DNA from: Paraspadella gotoi
Lineage: Eukaryota; Animalia; Chaetognatha
NCBI GenBank assembly: GCA_051294375.1
Contig: CM119264.1
Span: forward strand, 5,651,810 to 5,715,809
DNA: 64,000 nucleotides
Direction of reading: 5' to 3'
The stretch's first letter is position 1. Each line of letters opens with the position of its first letter. The position numbers and the translations under genes are program-made. Below the pieces are notes generated by a model. It saw only the letters and a list, made by a program, of their open reading frames with translations. It had not been told where the DNA came from and ran no database searches. Shown one piece after another: positions 52,703-63,018 of the stretch.

Positions 52703-53407
52703 CTGAAACCTTCCCTTCTGAAAGGATGCCGAACGTCGCACGAGACGAAGCTTTGGTCTATCGTGTGAGACATCACTGGCGTGACGTTGCAGTCCCGACC
52801 TCTTGGCCGACAAAGACGACGAGGGTTCCTTGAAGGCGAACTTGACCGACTTGTCGGCTCTGGCTCCGAATCCTGCGGCGGCGGATGACGACACTCGGGT
52901 GATGAAGGGCGGGAGATCGCAGTCCCAACTCTCGGCCATCGACAAGTTGGAGGATCTGGAAGAGTGAAGACCCTCGGCGGAGCCTTTGTCGACGGAAGGC
53001 TTGAGAACTTCCTTCAAGCGACGATCGAGACCCTCGATGTCGAGCGAGGGCGACGCCTCGAAACTGGGGCTGCGTTTAGCCGGCGTGGCCGCGAGGGATG
53101 ATGGGCGGGAGGAGCGGGCCGGCGGAGTGGAGACTTCTTCGGCGGCGGCTCCATCGACGGGATCGTCTCCGGACAATCGAAACACGGCGCGCTTCTCGGC
53201 CGCGCCGAGCGGCGTCGTTGGCGTCGACGGCGTCGGCGGAGTCGACGATATCGGCGACGGCAGCGTCCATCCCACGAGGCGCTGCAGGTCTGCCTTGGAG
53301 GTGCTGCCGATGCGGACGACGATGTCAGAGAGAAGAGACTCCACGTCGTCGCATTGCTCGTCTGCGAGGAGACCGACTGTGAGGAGTTTGTCTGTGATGG
53401 TGATCAC
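52703..53407 (-). CDS. WNK C-terminal-like protein, exon 4: end of CCT-like domain, S/T/P-rich linker, KSVKF, KGRFQ
   Basis: CCCCATCAG|GTG acceptor and CAG|GTTTGT donor; 705 nt, phase 0/0. Confidence 0.85.
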
Positions 53408-53946
53408 CTGATGGGGTGATGGAAAGGGGGTGATGGAGTGATGGAAAGGGGGTGATGGAGTGATGGAAAGGGGGTAATGCAGTGACATGGTGTCGCGCAA
53501 TCATTTGACTCTAATCTGAATTTGATGTGCGTTTGTTGGCAAAACTACCCGCCCCCCGGTGAGGAACTAGGGGCGCCAGACGGGGCAGCCCCCGGCGGCG
53601 GCCCCCAGGGGGTCTAAAACCTTTTTAAACCATTAGGGGTAACCCTATGCAAGATCCCCTAGAAGTATCAAAATTCTATGCCCCAGGGTTGGTATTGGTG
53701 CATTATTGTGTTGGACATTATGTCTTGTGTCCAAAAAATCTTGCGCAATCAATTGATTTGATCTTCAAAGTTAATCCGGTCATTTGCTTTCATGTCTCAT
53801 TCTACAGTGAACAGCTTCCCAAGCATTGCCCTTTGACACATTACTCTATTCTCGCTTCAAACTCAACATCTCTATGAGATATATATTATCCACAATCCCC
53901 CTCCTCCTCCACCCTCCTCCTCCCCTCCTCCTCCTCTCCTCCTCAC

Positions 53947-54057
53947 CTCATCCTTGTAGGCGTCAAACTTAAAATCTATATTCTTTCCTCTTCCGTTGTC
54001 GAGACGACAGCGAACGATGACGTCCAACGCTTCGACGTCGATCGAGAGAATCGACAC
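53947..54057 (-). CDS. WNK C-terminal-like protein, exon 3: VSILSIDVEALDVIVRCRLDNGRGKNIDFKFDAYKDE (CCT-like domain core)
   Basis: CCACCAG|GTG acceptor and GAG|GTGAGG donor; 111 nt. Resembles the WNK second CCT-like (PF2b) domain pattern ..IL.V....VVECQLET...K.VTFKFD...D. Confidence 0.85.
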
Positions 54058-55314
54058 CTGGTGGCGGGAAAATGAATGAAGTGTGGAGGAAAAGGGACAA
54101 AAGGGAAGGGGGACGATGGAATTAAGGGATAAGGGGGACGAGGGGAAAAGGGATAAGAGGGAAGGGGGACGAGGGGAAAAGGGACAAAAGGGTAGGGGGA
54201 CGATGGGAAAAGGGAAAACAACAAAAAATGGCGGAAAAAGAAACAAACAAAAAAACTTTATTACGTTGTTGTACCAATTTCATATAAAAATCAATAACAA
54301 AAAGACTGCTCATAATTACTGTGCAGTCCATATACAATTTATACATACATACATACATACAGCTCAAAGTCGGCATATCGTCATTCGCCACGAATCGAAA
54401 GAAAAATGTAAAAATTCTAGCTTTCATCAATTGTAATGTCAATGATAATGACAGGAATTAATTACTTAACTCTTAACTTACCAACTATTTATTCTCTATT
54501 ATCTAATTATCTAACTATCAGAACATACAATTCTACTTTGTAGTCTAAACTCGCAACAATAACGAATCATAAATAACCTTAATCCCATTACAAATTATCC
54601 TCTCCACCCCTTTATGTTCAGACTTTTAGATATTTTGAATTTTCAATAAATGACTTCTCAACAAGAATGATGTCTAAAATCTAATTAGAAAACTAGGGCA
54701 GAAAGTAACTCTTAACCTTGTGTTGTATAGACGCTCCCTCTATTTCCAGAAGACAACACTAACTTCCCTCTCCCCATTACATTATAAAAAAATATACTTT
54801 ATCTAAAAAATATAATTAAATCTAATATATAGTGAAATTTATTACATTTTTACATTTATTTTTAAATTTTAATATAAAATTTTAAAGTCTCATCGCAGAT
54901 GATCTAGAAACTCAAAATATGGAATTAAGTGAAACCGGATACAATCGGATCATAAACTCCGGGAGAAATCATCGAAAATAGAAAAACAAGTAATCATGCA
55001 ATTTTTAATTAATCTAACGTTTCGTGATTATATACAATTTCCCGACTTAGAATTTATGCCGGTGCTTAAAACGGCGAGGAAGGGTTGATATGATTCGATA
55101 ATCACGATAAGATTGCATAAGAATTAAGAATCAGGCGTCGGGCGTCGGGCTCACTGGCGTGACGGTCACACCGCCAGAGGTGGCGTGATGCTTCGTCATC
55201 GCGACTCCGAAAACAAAACTTAATTAATCCAATTTTCGTGAATCGAGTGAATTCGATATTTTGACCTTCATCGCGATTAATCTCACTCAGAGCGGTCGAC
55301 AGGAAGGAAAATGC

Positions 55315-55392
<78 letters not shown>

Positions 55393-55683
55393 CGCTGAGG
55401 TAACTGGCAATCTAGAACTCGGATTGACGACTTTCTCAACTCATAAGTGCAATAAAACTTATTTTGAGTATTTCGGTTTTGGGTTCATCGGTTTTAGAAG
55501 TAAGCATTATTATTGTATTACTTTTATAATCGCAATAGCTCATCGAAGAAAACCCTCAACCTTCAAAAGTTGTGAAATGCGTCTTAAGAAAAAGACAAAG
55601 ATCCGCAGCGCAGCAATGCTGCGGACGACCCACCAAACCATCCTCCAGCCCCCCCTCTTAACCCGGAGGCTCATTAACTAAAG

Positions 55684-55910
55684 ATATGAAATTGGTACAA
55701 CCAATATATAAATTATCCATTCATTTATTAAATAAGCTACCTTGCCCCTGACTTTGGACAGGCTTTGGTGGTTTAAGGCCTCCATCACTCTTACAAGATA
55801 ATTACATAGCAGGTCCCTGCAAGCTTTCAATCAAGACTCTCTCACAGTCCCGTTTATTCACTCCCAGAGTACCTGGCTTCCCTATCAATGAAGTGGTATA
55901 ATATTTCAAA
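55684..55910. mobile_element. Dispersed repeat family A copy in intron 2
   Basis: Matches 42505-42722 and 35577-35650. Confidence 0.75.
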
Positions 55911-55957
55911 GAATGTTAATGAACATGTAGTCGGGCATTGCCTAGGTTCACTCCGCC

Positions 55958-56026
55958 TATAAGCATGACACCTTCAGTCGTGACCCGGTGGCTCATTGGT
56001 ACCGGGTTCAATCCCAACCCGGTACC
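55958..56026 (+). promoter_or_regulatory. Pol III-type head: TATAA, A box, and B box inside an 11-bp hairpin
   Basis: TATAA at 55958-55962; TGGCTCATTGG at 55989-55999; GGTTCAATCCC at 56005-56015; stem GGTACCGGGTT/AACCCGGTACC. Confidence 0.6.
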
Positions 56027-56032
56027 TACCCT

Positions 56033-56111
56033 GCGGGAAGTGTGAGGACGGCCGTAAGCCGCCTTGAGGGCGTGGAAAACCCTCAAGCCTGGTTCCAAGC
56101 CCAGGACCCGT
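56033..56111 (+). ncRNA. Twister self-cleaving ribozyme, type-P5 permutation
   Basis: P5 GCGGG/CCCGT; GA+GGA; P1 CGGCCG; UAA; P2 GCC vs GTGT (imperfect); T2 GC/GC; P3 CTTGAGGG/CCCTCAAG; P4 CCTGG/CCAGG; L4 U-UCC-AAGC; T1 UCC/GGA. Confidence 0.8.
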
Positions 56112-56272
56112 TCTATGGCTGCTAGAGGGGGTTTAAAAAATTGCATTATCCACAAACACATGGTTCCGGAGTTTTACTTTATCTACGCCTAAATGTGTTT
56201 ATTGAATGTTTATAAAATACTTAAATTAAACTAAGTACACGTTGTACAAACTATAACTGTCGGTGACCTTAC

Positions 56273-56335
56273 CTTTGGTTTGAGACCTTTGGAGTTGATT
56301 CGAGCCACGGGGCGGGTGAACATACTCATGGTGCT
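56273..56335 (-). CDS. WNK C-terminal-like protein, exon 2: STMSMFTRPVARINSKGLKPK
   Basis: TTATTTTTCAG|AGC acceptor and AAG|GTAAGG donor; 63 nt, phase 0/0. KPK matches the RPKL-type start of the CCT-like domain. Confidence 0.75.
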
Positions 56336-56455
56336 CTGAAAAATAATAGGCAGTGAGTTTAACTGTCTTTCGTGTCATAACTAAATAAACTGAGATGAAA
56401 ACAAAAAAAAAGGAAAAAAAGAAAGAAAGAAAGAGATAAAAAGACAGTAAGTCAC

Positions 56456-56506
56456 CTGTTTTTTCTCAATGATTTTGACTTCGTCCGATTTGTTTCCGCT
56501 AAACAT
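56456..56506 (-). CDS. WNK C-terminal-like protein, putative first coding exon: MFSGNKSDEVKIIEKKQ
   Basis: AAAAATG context, in-frame TAG upstream at 56599-56597, CAG|GTGACT donor; 51 nt, phase 0. A GCC-rich UTR-like tract lies upstream. Confidence 0.6.
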
Positions 56507-57013
56507 TTTTTGGGCGAAACTTTTTGGAATTCGAAGGCGAAAAAAAAAAGGTGATAAAGAAAATCCCTTTTTGTTGTTGTCGTTGTTATTGTCGTCCTAG
56601 TTTTTTTTCCCTTCACCGTTTAAATCGCGCCATTTGGCATGAAACCAATTCCTTTGTTTTTATCGTCCTCGTCGTTTGCTGGCGACGGGAGCGGCGGCTG
56701 CGGCGGCTGCGGCGGCAGCTCCCCTCTCTTTGATTTCACGGGGTTATGTGGAGCTGTGTCTGGGAATCACCCGTGACTCCGATCTATTCTTTTGACGTCG
56801 GTGGAGGCGCTGACATCGACGATGGCGGTACCGCTGTGGTTACCGCAAATCAGGTCGAGAGTTTGCGGCGTGGGTCCACGGTGGCGCGGATAATCTTTGA
56901 CGCAAAGATAATCTTTGACGCAAAGATCTTTTATATTTTTAGTTTTGTCGAAATCGAAAGAAAATTGGATTCGTTTGTGACGAAATAGAGGATTAGCAGA
57001 TCGATTTTCGATC

Positions 57014-57123
<110 letters not shown>

Positions 57124-57833
57124 CAATGTAGAATCCTGTTCACAATCAGTCAAGTATCAGTTTTAACCGTAAATTCGTTTCAATATTCAATTGTGATCTG
57201 TGAGGTTTTGGTCTCCGCTTTTCACTGTTCAAATCTCACTTTTAATTTATGTCAGAGTCTTTTGTTCGATCGAATCGTTTCGAATCACTTTTTTTATATT
57301 TTGTAATTCTAATTAAGTTTTGGAGTTGATTTTTTGCCGGTTTTTTTTCTTTTTTAATCAAAGCAGAAAATGCAATTACTTTTTCTCTCGAATTTTAAAT
57401 TACGATTGAGCAAAATTTTTTTTAAAATAATTAATCTCGTTTTTTACCGGAAATTTTGTTTTAAATCGACTCTATTTATTTTATTGAAATATTGATTATA
57501 ATCTTCTGTGTCGTCGGTTTTAATTTCGTTTTTTTTTCAACACGAAACGTCAATTCCAGTATTGAAGTTGTTTTTTATTTATGTTGTTGTTGTTGTTTTT
57601 ATTGATTATTGTAAAATTCACAAAACCAAAGCTCGGTTCGTTTGTACGTACAGGGCAAGTACGTGCGATTATTCTTCCACGTCGTCTCTTTGTATTTTTG
57701 TTTCAATATTTCCTGTCAATACGTACGTACAATAGGTTTCCTTCGATTATAAAAATTATTCTATCACAAAATTCTTATCCATTACCAGGACCTTAAAATT
57801 TAATGTAGCCTTTTCTCGGTATTGTGTTTGTCG

Positions 57834-57865
<32 letters not shown>

Positions 57866-57866
57866 T

Positions 57867-57916
<50 letters not shown>

Positions 57917-57967
57917 TTCCGTTTCGAAACCGAAGAGAGAAAAAAAAGAAAACCCCCAGTGAACGGA

Positions 57968-58010
57968 GTTAATTGTCGCGTTAATTGTCGCGTTAATTGT
58001 CGAGTTAATC
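57968..58010. repeat. 12-bp tandem repeat GTTAATTGTCGC, ~3.5 copies
   Basis: Seen directly; each full unit carries a TAATTG homeodomain-type core. Confidence 0.8.
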
Positions 58011-58240
58011 GTTGAGCTAATTTAGCGACGCGACTCACCAAATCCAAAACCGCGAAATAAAAGAGCAAAAAACCCGGATTTTTTTGGGGGGGAAGGAAAA
58101 AAAATCGAAATTGAGGGCAAAAATTAAAAGGAAAAGAAAAGGAGACAAAAAGGGAAAAAAGAAAGATAAAAAAAATTATCGAAATTAACTTAACTTTCTA
58201 TTGAATTCTTAGAATAACTATTTAATTTGAGATAAAAAAC

Positions 58241-58280
58241 CAGACATGTTTCGACTCTGTTTCGAGTCTTCATCAGCCGC
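58241..58280 (-). ncRNA. Minimal type-I hammerhead ribozyme core (Penelope-like), stem I degenerate
   Basis: CUGAUGA-A-GACUC(GAAACA)GAGUC-GAAA-CAUG-UC; palindromic ACAUGU in place of stem III. Confidence 0.65.
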
Positions 58281-58666
58281 ATATTGTCTACTTATAAATA
58301 AACTAACACTATATTGTGTTATTTCAGTTGTTATTATAGTCCTATGTGTCGTTGTTGATATTTTACGGCCCAGGACTTCGCTAATGCGGCGCTAACAGTA
58401 GGAGAGGAAGCGTTGACCGCAAAAAGGGGGAGGGTTGCAGCGGCTGCTGCGGAAGCGGCTGGCGGGCGGCAGCAGGAGCGCGCCTGCCATTGGACGGCGC
58501 GCATCGTTTCCCCCCCCTTTGGCCCCTGGGCTTTGCCCCTTGGGGCCCGGTTTTTTTTTTTCCCCCAAAAAAATTTTTTTTCTGCTTGACCCACTTTTTC
58601 CTGGACGCATCCGCCGCCATAGAATTCGTTCCGCCTCCTTGTTGTCTGACGCCAAGGCAAAACACA

Positions 58667-58716
<50 letters not shown>

Positions 58717-58717
58717 T

Positions 58718-58748
<31 letters not shown>

Positions 58749-59638
58749 TCGTTCCCTCTCTTTCTTACCCATTCTGCATTTCAAATTTTTTAACCAAATG
58801 ATTTTAAATAAAGGAATCTACGTTCATCATTTCATCCCATTTAATATTAATGTTTTAATGTTTTAATATTCGAAAAGGATTATCATAGGGTTTAAAAAGC
58901 AAAGAAGACTCAATCAAGACATACATTTGAAAAAAGTTTTATTTATTTTTTTTTTTAGGAATTCAATTAATTCACTGTCAAAATCTGTCACATACATATC
59001 TTTTTCTCCTTTTCTCTTCTCTTCCTTCACTTTTGACTGAAAATCCTTTTTCCAATTTCTGCCCTCCCACAAAACAACAACAACGACAACAACGACCAAA
59101 ATGATTTTCCACTCGAGGTTGGGCGACTTTGAAGAAACACTTTGTTTGCTTCCCATGTTTTGAAAAAAGACACAATTCGTATACTGTGTTTTTTTTTAAC
59201 TTTTTTTTCTTTCAGCAAGTAAGCTAAATTAATTTTTCAACCACCAAGCGACTAAAGTCTCAAAATAGTAACAAAATAATTAAGTTTGTATGGTATGGTC
59301 AGGAATAAAAAAATGTAGAAAAGTGTTTTTTTTTATAGTTTTAAGAAAGTATAAAAAAGAATTCTTATATATTTTTAACATTTCTAATTTTAGATTTTGG
59401 ACCAAAGAAGATTAACTGGAATTATTTATTTTTCGATATTGAATTCGGATTCAAAAAAACCTTCTTAGAATTCCTTATGTTGTTTATTCTTTTAAAAAAT
59501 ATTAAAAAAAATAAATATAAAAGATTCAAATCCTCTTTTTCCCGGAAACCAACAGATTAATCTCGGACTCCCGGTTTAAGTCCACGTGTTGAGCTTAAGA
59601 CCTCGAAAGGTCAACTCCCAAATTCATCCTTCTTCAGT

Positions 59639-59713
59639 CCTGACTCCTCACTCCTCACTCCTCACTCCTCACTCCTCACTCCTCACTCCTCACTCCTGAC
59701 TCCTCACTCCTCA
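59639..59713. repeat. 7-bp repeat (CTCACTC)n
   Basis: Seen directly. Confidence 0.9.
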
Positions 59714-60233
59714 TTTCTCACCAAGTCCTCACCCACTTTGACTTTTTTCCAATGGTTGCGCTTATCTCACTTTCACCGGAACTGTCTCTTCTGTCTGTTC
59801 TACTTTTCGCTTTTTTCCACAACCCTGGGACAAACTCCAGCTCCATCTTTTTCCCTATCTCTAATCCCATCTCCCATTCCATCTCTATCTGTCACCCAAT
59901 GTCCAACGCCATCTCGCACCCAATAGCCCCCCCCCATCTCTAACCCCATCTCTCTTTCCTCTTTAACGCCATCTTCCTCTTCTTCTTCTCCATCTCTTGC
60001 GCCATCTTTTTTTCATCTACAACCACAACGTTAACCCAATCTCCTAACACATCTCTAACCCCATTTCTCCCTCATCTCTCACCCCAGATTTCACACCATC
60101 TTCTTCCCCCATCTCTCTCCCACCCACAGAGACTAGGAGGCAACGGAAAAAAAACCGAAAAAATGAGATTTTTTTTTCTGTTTTCTTTTTTGTTTTTGCC
60201 CTTTTTTTTCGACCTCTTCTCTTGGCTCGAGGC

Positions 60234-60290
<57 letters not shown>

Positions 60291-60799
60291 CCTTATGAAA
60301 GGGGTTTTCCTTAAAATGGCGTCAAATTCCACGATAAAGAAATGTAGAGCGGCTTCTCCTTCTCTCTGGTGGGCGTTTGCGAAATTAAAAAAAAATTTAA
60401 AAAAAAGCTGCCTTCAAAAGCCACGGGTAAAAAGCATAACAAAACTGAGGCTTGAGCATCTAACTAAAAAAACTTCCTGGACTAAGATTCAAACTAAAAA
60501 GCTTTTTACTGAAAGTTAAACTAAAAAGCCACTGCTGAAAGCTTCTGTTAAAAGTGTCATGTTTCTTTAATAAAAAGAAACTTTTATAAAAGAGAGTATA
60601 AAGATCCTTCGTAGGTTTTAAGTACAACGGAGTTTTTTTTGTTTTTTTTTTTTTGCCTCTCTTAGCCGAGGTTTTTGCCGTCCCGAGCCCCCGTCATGCT
60701 ACGGAGCGCTGCGCGGCGCTCCGCGGCGCTGCGCCGAGTTTAGCGATATTTCACCAACGGCGAAAATCTGTTGCGTGGTGAGTAATTATTCATAGTCAA

Positions 60800-60837
<38 letters not shown>

Positions 60838-61219
60838 CTCGCTTCAGACTCCGCAAATCCCAGGGGCGAAGCGATGGAGGGCGAAAAGTGGGTGTGTCTG
60901 AGGACAGGGAATTGGCACTGAATATGAGAGACGGATTTTTTTTTATATAGAGACTCTCTCTCATTTTTTACTCCTTTTTAATCTTTCTCTCCTTTTTTTT
61001 TATATTTCTGGTTTTTTTTCTTTTTTGTCTTTATTTCTTTCTTTTTCTCTTTCTGTCTCTTCTTTCCTTCTTTCTCATCTTTTTTATTTTATCTTTCTGT
61101 TTTTTTTTTCTTTTTTCCTTCTCTCCTTCCCAATTACTCGCTCTCTCTCATTTATTCAAAACACTTACTGCCTTCTCAGCCTTCTTCCTCTCCCTCTCTT
61201 GGCCCCCTCTCTCTCTCTC

Positions 61220-61263
<44 letters not shown>

Positions 61264-61485
61264 TCTCTCTCTCTCTCATTCCTCTCCCTCTCCCCATTTA
61301 TCTTCCCTCTCTCGTTTTCAATTCATTTTTTTGCTAAGCGGATCTTTTTTTTTTCTCAAATAAAAAACTGGTATTTCAAGGTGTTATGATAATCGGACTA
61401 AAAATTACTGAGTAATGGAATTCATGATGAGGGGAAAAAAATGATAATAAAGAGAAGTGTTTCAACTCATCTTGGTTGGGTATAT

Positions 61486-61630
61486 GGCGTTGGGCGTTGG
61501 GCATAGGGCGTTGGGCGTTGAGCGTTGGGTAATGGGCGTTGGGTATTGGGCGTTGGGTATTGGGCCTTGAGTATTGGGCCTTGGGTATTGGGCCTTGGGT
61601 ATAGGGCGTTGGGTATTGAACGATGGGTAT
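61486..61630 (+). repeat. 7-bp G-tract repeat (GGGCGTT/GGGTATT/GGGCCTT)n
   Basis: About 20 units, most with GGG at a 7-nt period. Confidence 0.9.
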
Positions 61631-61660
61631 TTAGATAAGGTCGGCTCTTCTTCCTTTCTC

Positions 61661-61897
61661 GGTCATCTTTTCCAAAAGCGCTCCATTTTTAGATTTGAAG
61701 ATTCGGTTAGAGAGGGTAAGGATAAGGTTGGGGATTAGAGTTAAGTTAGGGACTTAGTTATGGATAAGGGTTAAGAATTACTTTTAGGGATTAGGGTTAA
61801 TGATTTGGGTTAGAGATTAGGATATGGTACACGGGAAGAGTATTAAAGTTATTAGAAATAAGGAACAGAAACGAGGCGCTTTCGTAAAAAAGTGCCC
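61661..61897 (+). mobile_element. MITE-like element with imperfect TIRs and a degenerate TTAGGG interior
   Basis: Left end GGTCATCTTTTCCAAAAGCGCTCCATTT versus right-end reverse complement GGGCACTTTTTTACGAAAGCGCCTCGTTT; interior GGTTAG/TTAGGG variants. Confidence 0.55.
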
Positions 61898-62908
61898 TAA
61901 AATCTCAGGTCTGTCTGTCCACTGATAAATACATAGTAATTTGCCTTCGTATAAGGTAAGGTATATTGGGCGTAGAGTAAGGTCGTCACGCTGGAGGCCG
62001 AGCGGGGGAGGCGGAGGGGGGGAAATAAGTGGATTCGGGCGCCAAGGTGGTTTTAGTTGTTGAGGAAGAGGAGGAGGAGGAAGGGGAGGAAGAAAAAAAA
62101 GAGGAGGAAAAGTAGGGCGAGGAATTAAAATTACAACCGCGAAGAGAGAGAAAAAAAAAAGTGTTGTGCGGCGAAAGACGAAGGGTCGAAGTCTGAGTTC
62201 AAGGAAATTAGTCTCTAGACTTTACATGATTTCCGAGAAAAGCTCGGTACAGTTTCTTTGAAAAACGGGGAGGGAAAAGGGAGAGAAGAGAGACTGGGAG
62301 AAAGGAGCAAAGGGAGACCGGGAGAAAAGGAGAAAGGAAAAATGAGGAAAGGGAGAAAGGAAAAAAGGAGAATGGAAGAAATTAAAAGGGTAGAAAGGAA
62401 AAAGGAGGAAATAGAGAACGACGATAAAGGAGAGAATTCACAAAGATAAGATTGGAAAGAACGCAGTCGTTAAAAAGTTAAATGATAATTGGAATGCTTA
62501 CCTGTATACGTAGATCCAGGATTTAAGAATGCATTAAAAAATGTTTAAAATATTAAAGAAACAAAATGAGAGAACTACAATTTATTTTCCTAAATTAAGT
62601 CTACAATTTAAACTTTTAAATCATCGTTGTCGCTAACAAATCTTGTTTTTCTTCTAAACTTTTTCCTTAAACATTGACGTTTTATCTCTGGTTCCATATT
62701 CATTTCCACCTTAAATTCCATTTCCGGTTCCACTTCCGGTTCCATTTACCGCTTGATTCTATTCAGACTTTTCAATAAACTGATATTTTTAATGCAAATT
62801 ATGTTTTGACTTTGTTAGAACTGCGCGAAATAACTAAACCTAATGAGAGATAACAGTTTTTGCTGCAGAGAAGAGGAGACGAAAAAACCTTGAAAATCGG
62901 AGAAAAAC

Positions 62909-63018
<110 letters not shown>

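Noticed and set aside
51996-53411. Plus-strand ORFs overlapping the WNK-like exons
   Set aside because: Antisense shadows of GC-rich coding exons; the splice signals and motifs support the minus strand.
53565-53690. GC-rich Harbinger-MITE-like patch (also ~58430-58622)
   Set aside because: TIRs too degenerate or one-sided, and no TSD to support a call.
55940-55965. TTCACTCCGCC as the 5' strand of a type-P1 twister pairing with GAGGGGG near 56125
   Set aside because: P2 and P3 do not pair in that register; the P5 permutation at 56033-56111 fits all other elements.
60695-60785. ATG-initiated GC-rich segment followed by a GTGAGT donor
   Set aside because: In-frame TAG after 15 codons; no supportable gene model.
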